Below are positions 45,773-64,000 of a DNA stretch of 64,000 nt, piece by piece. Each line of letters opens with the position of its first letter. The first letter of the stretch is position 1. A program made the position numbers and the translations under genes. The notes below the pieces were generated by a model that worked only from the letters and a program-made list of their open reading frames with translations, ran no database searches and was not told the origin of the DNA. This DNA comes from the human T2T-CHM13v2.0 reference genome, Homo sapiens: assembly GCF_009914755.1 (NCBI RefSeq), contig NC_060935.1; one strand, 5' to 3'.

Positions 45773-46198
45773 CAAAGAAGAAAGATGCTCCTCCAGTTGA
45801 ACTTAGGTGGACCATTAAACATGCATGAAGGAGAAATCTGAGCCTCAGCAAGAGAAATTAACCCTATACCTCTGACCCAGGTGGATTTTTGTTTCTAGTT
45901 CTGCACAAACTTCACTACTTAGACAGTCTGAGTCTTTTTCTGTCTATCCATCTGTTTATTTCTATACCTTTCAATACATGTTATTGTTGCAGATATTTGG
46001 CTTGAGAAATATAATCAGAAAACATACATCAGTTGTGGGTGGAATTAATCATATCTCTGGTATAGATTTTTCATGACAGTGTTGTTAGATGTACTTATAT
46101 ACAGAGGCGACAGCTTGCAGAGGACGACATAGTAAGGATAGGCAGAAAGAATTGTCTTCCTTTATTTTTTCAGAAGCCCAAACCAAAGTGGGAAATAT

Positions 46199-59434
<13,236 letters not shown>

Positions 59435-59475
59435 CTAAGGATGGTAAGAGCAGCCTAGCATCAGCTCATGCTCCC

Positions 59476-61050
59476 TTAGATGTTAGTTTTTGGGGCCAAT
59501 ACAAAATCTTTAGGTGGCCCTCCACCACTGCTGCTCTGTCTGTCTGCTGTTGGGGAGCCAGGGAGAGGCTGCACCCCTAGAAGGGGTCCCACTTCTGGAT
59601 CTGGTTTGCTGCGTTTGGCCAGGTCCTCATTGTGAGCCTTGCGGATGTGGCGGTAGAGGTCCCCTGACTGCGTGTAGCTCCGCAGGCAGTAGCGGCACTC
59701 ATAGGGTCGCTCACGTGTGTGCACCGTGGCATGTCGCCGTAGTGTGTAAGAGCATGAGAAGGTCTTCCCACATGTCTTGCAGGTGGGAACATCCTCAGTA
59801 AAAACCCCAAAGCTTCCTGGAGCTGCTTCGTACTCAGAAGACAGGTAAAGTGGCTCATGCAGGGATGCGGGTGCAGGCAGAGGTGAGGTCACCAGTCCTC
59901 GATGATACTGCCCTGCACCTGGCAGCAGATGGTAGGGTAGATGAGGGTCTGTTGGCAGGAAGTGGTCACTTGGCCCCACCTCCTCCAGTCCTGCTGCCCC
60001 TGGGTCTTCAAAAGCCTCTGGCTGGGAGGGCTGTGCCCCATACACTGCTCCTCCAGATGGGAAAGCTCTCTCAGGACCCTGAGGCTGTTCATCTGACACA
60101 TCAGTCTCTTCATCAGAGATCACAATAGCTTCAACTTTCACCTGGACCAGCTCAGCTTCAGCTGGGGCTGGAGCCTGGGATGGAACTGGAGCTGAGACAG
60201 GGGCTGGGGCTGACGTTGGGGCTGAGGCTGGGGGATAGAAGCCTTGCAGTGGTCCTCCAGGATCCTTTGGTTCCACCACCCTCAGACTCTCAGGACCCAC
60301 ATCAAGAGATGGCAGTGGCTCCAATGAAACTGCTGAGATGCCAGAAGAGAAGTAGTTTGTAGGAATGGTCTCAGTGGAGCTACTAGGGCTGGCAAGAGAG
60401 ACATCAGCCACTGGTGGATGAGGTGCCCGCAGATGTGGTGCGTCAACCTCCATGCCAGGCTGTGTAGTGTCAGCCCCACTAGACATTGGTGGCTCATCTG
60501 GAGGACGGACAGTAGGTGAGGGAGCAGCAGAGCCTTTCCATTCCCCTTTGCCCCAGTGGCCTGATGTCTCAGCAGATGCCAACGAAGGTTGGGTGCCACG
60601 GGAAGTACTAGACAAAAACTCCAAACTAGGAAGCTGTGAGTTGGTTTCCTCCTCCTTCTTGGTACTGTCTGCCTCTGCCAGGGCCCGGGCTTGAAGCCGC
60701 CGCTTACACACCTTGACGATGTCATTCATGTGCAAGTAGCTGGCAGCTGCCAGCACATCCTCCACAGGGGTATCCCCTCTCAGGGTCAGCTGGCCAGCAT
60801 ACATAAAGTCCAGAAGCAGCCCAAAGGCTGGGGCTGTGACAATTTCATTGTGAATACACACCAGATCCCTCTTGTCCAATTCCCGCTCCTTGTAGAAAAG
60901 CTGGAAGAATGGGCTGCAGGAGGCCAGCACAGCCCGATGGGCCAAGAACTGGGTACTACCCACCATCACGGTGCAGTCACAAAGGAAACCCTGGGACCGC
61001 TGCTCCCGGAGGCTCTGCAGCAGCTGCTGACTGTGTTCTGGGAACTCCAT
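59476..61050 (-). CDS. ZBTB3: Zinc finger and BTB domain protein 3 (524 aa from this ATG; exon acceptor at 61101)
   Basis: N-terminal BTB (LCDCTVMV..HRAVLASCSPFF); two C2H2 fingers with TRERPY linker; single long exon. Confidence 0.96.
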   Translation of the reverse strand: MEFPEHSQQLLQSLREQRSQGFLCDCTVMVGSTQFLAHRAVLASCSPFFQLFYKERELDKRDLVCIHNEIVTAPAFGLLLDFMYAGQLTLRGDTPVEDVLAAASYLHMNDIVKVCKRRLQARALAEADSTKKEEETNSQLPSLEFLSSTSRGTQPSLASAETSGHWGKGEWKGSAAPSPTVRPPDEPPMSSGADTTQPGMEVDAPHLRAPHPPVADVSLASPSSSTETIPTNYFSSGISAVSLEPLPSLDVGPESLRVVEPKDPGGPLQGFYPPASAPTSAPAPVSAPVPSQAPAPAEAELVQVKVEAIVISDEETDVSDEQPQGPERAFPSGGAVYGAQPSQPEAFEDPGAAGLEEVGPSDHFLPTDPHLPYHLLPGAGQYHRGLVTSPLPAPASLHEPLYLSSEYEAAPGSFGVFTEDVPTCKTCGKTFSCSYTLRRHATVHTRERPYECRYCLRSYTQSGDLYRHIRKAHNEDLAKRSKPDPEVGPLLGVQPLPGSPTADRQSSSGGGPPKDFVLAPKTNI

Positions 61051-61349
61051 AGTACCCCACGAAGGAAAGGGGGCCCAAAAAAGGTCCCCACCAGTGGCTC
61101 CCTGAGAAAAAAGGGCAGTGAGTTAAGACAGGTAACCTCCCCAGCAACCTTATCAGCCCTTAACTATCACTTGCCACTCCAAAACAATCGCTTAAGTTAC
61201 TGCCCTTCTTTCTCCTAGGTCACACCCAAAGCTCTCCCATTAGCTCCGCCCACCTCGGCCTAACCTTAGAACAGGCCCCACCCCCGTCCGATAAGCCCTG
61301 CCCCCGGAAGTCCCGCCCCTTAGCCACCCTCCGCTTCCTTGATGCCCAC

Positions 61350-61448
61350 CCGGTAGCGTCCAACGGCTCCACGAAGTAGAGATCTTTTTCGCTCCCAGGC
61401 CTTGCCAGGCGATGCCTCTACGCCCCACTTCGAGAACTCCCTAAGCAT
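61350..61448 (-). CDS. ZBTB3: ZBTB3 exon 1; optional upstream in-frame start (MLREFSKWGVE...GRYR) giving 574 aa
   Basis: ATG at 61448; CGG|GTGGGC donor, phase 0; joins the acceptor at 61101 with 17 open codons before MEFPEH. Confidence 0.7.
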
Positions 61449-61449
61449 C

Positions 61450-64000
<2,551 letters not shown>

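Noticed and set aside
59514-61218. Plus-strand and alternate-frame ORFs over ZBTB3
   Set aside because: Antisense or frame shadows of the GC-rich ZBTB3 CDS.

Overview
Human (primate) genomic DNA, recognisable as the gene-dense, very Alu-rich 11q12.3 locus. Locus identity comes from recalled protein sequences, not a database search. Genes: BSCL2/seipin (- strand, first five coding exons; the gene continues off the left edge), GNG3 (+, complete, 75 aa), HNRNPUL2 (-, complete, 14 coding exons, 747 aa), TTC9C (+, complete, 3 coding exons, 171 aa) and ZBTB3 (-, complete, 524 aa, or 574 aa from an upstream ATG). All exon boundaries were read at GT-AG sites and splice phases sum correctly. Interspersed repeats: roughly 90 Alu copies or fragments by eye, a MaLR (MST-type) solo LTR, a Tigger-type MER47-like element, MER5-like, MIR and L1 fragments. 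Most ORFs in the supplied track are Alu or antisense artefacts. I see no wholly new gene family. The best leads are: (1) a solo LTR whose 5-bp target-site duplication is the HNRNPUL2 exon-10 splice donor; (2) an HNRNPUL2-to-BSCL2 read-through frame blocked by one TAG that is also a candidate splice acceptor; (3) a ~31.4-bp phased array of YY1 motifs just past the GNG3 3' end; (4) a candidate 86-nt intron fusing a 124-codon upstream ORF in frame to TTC9C.
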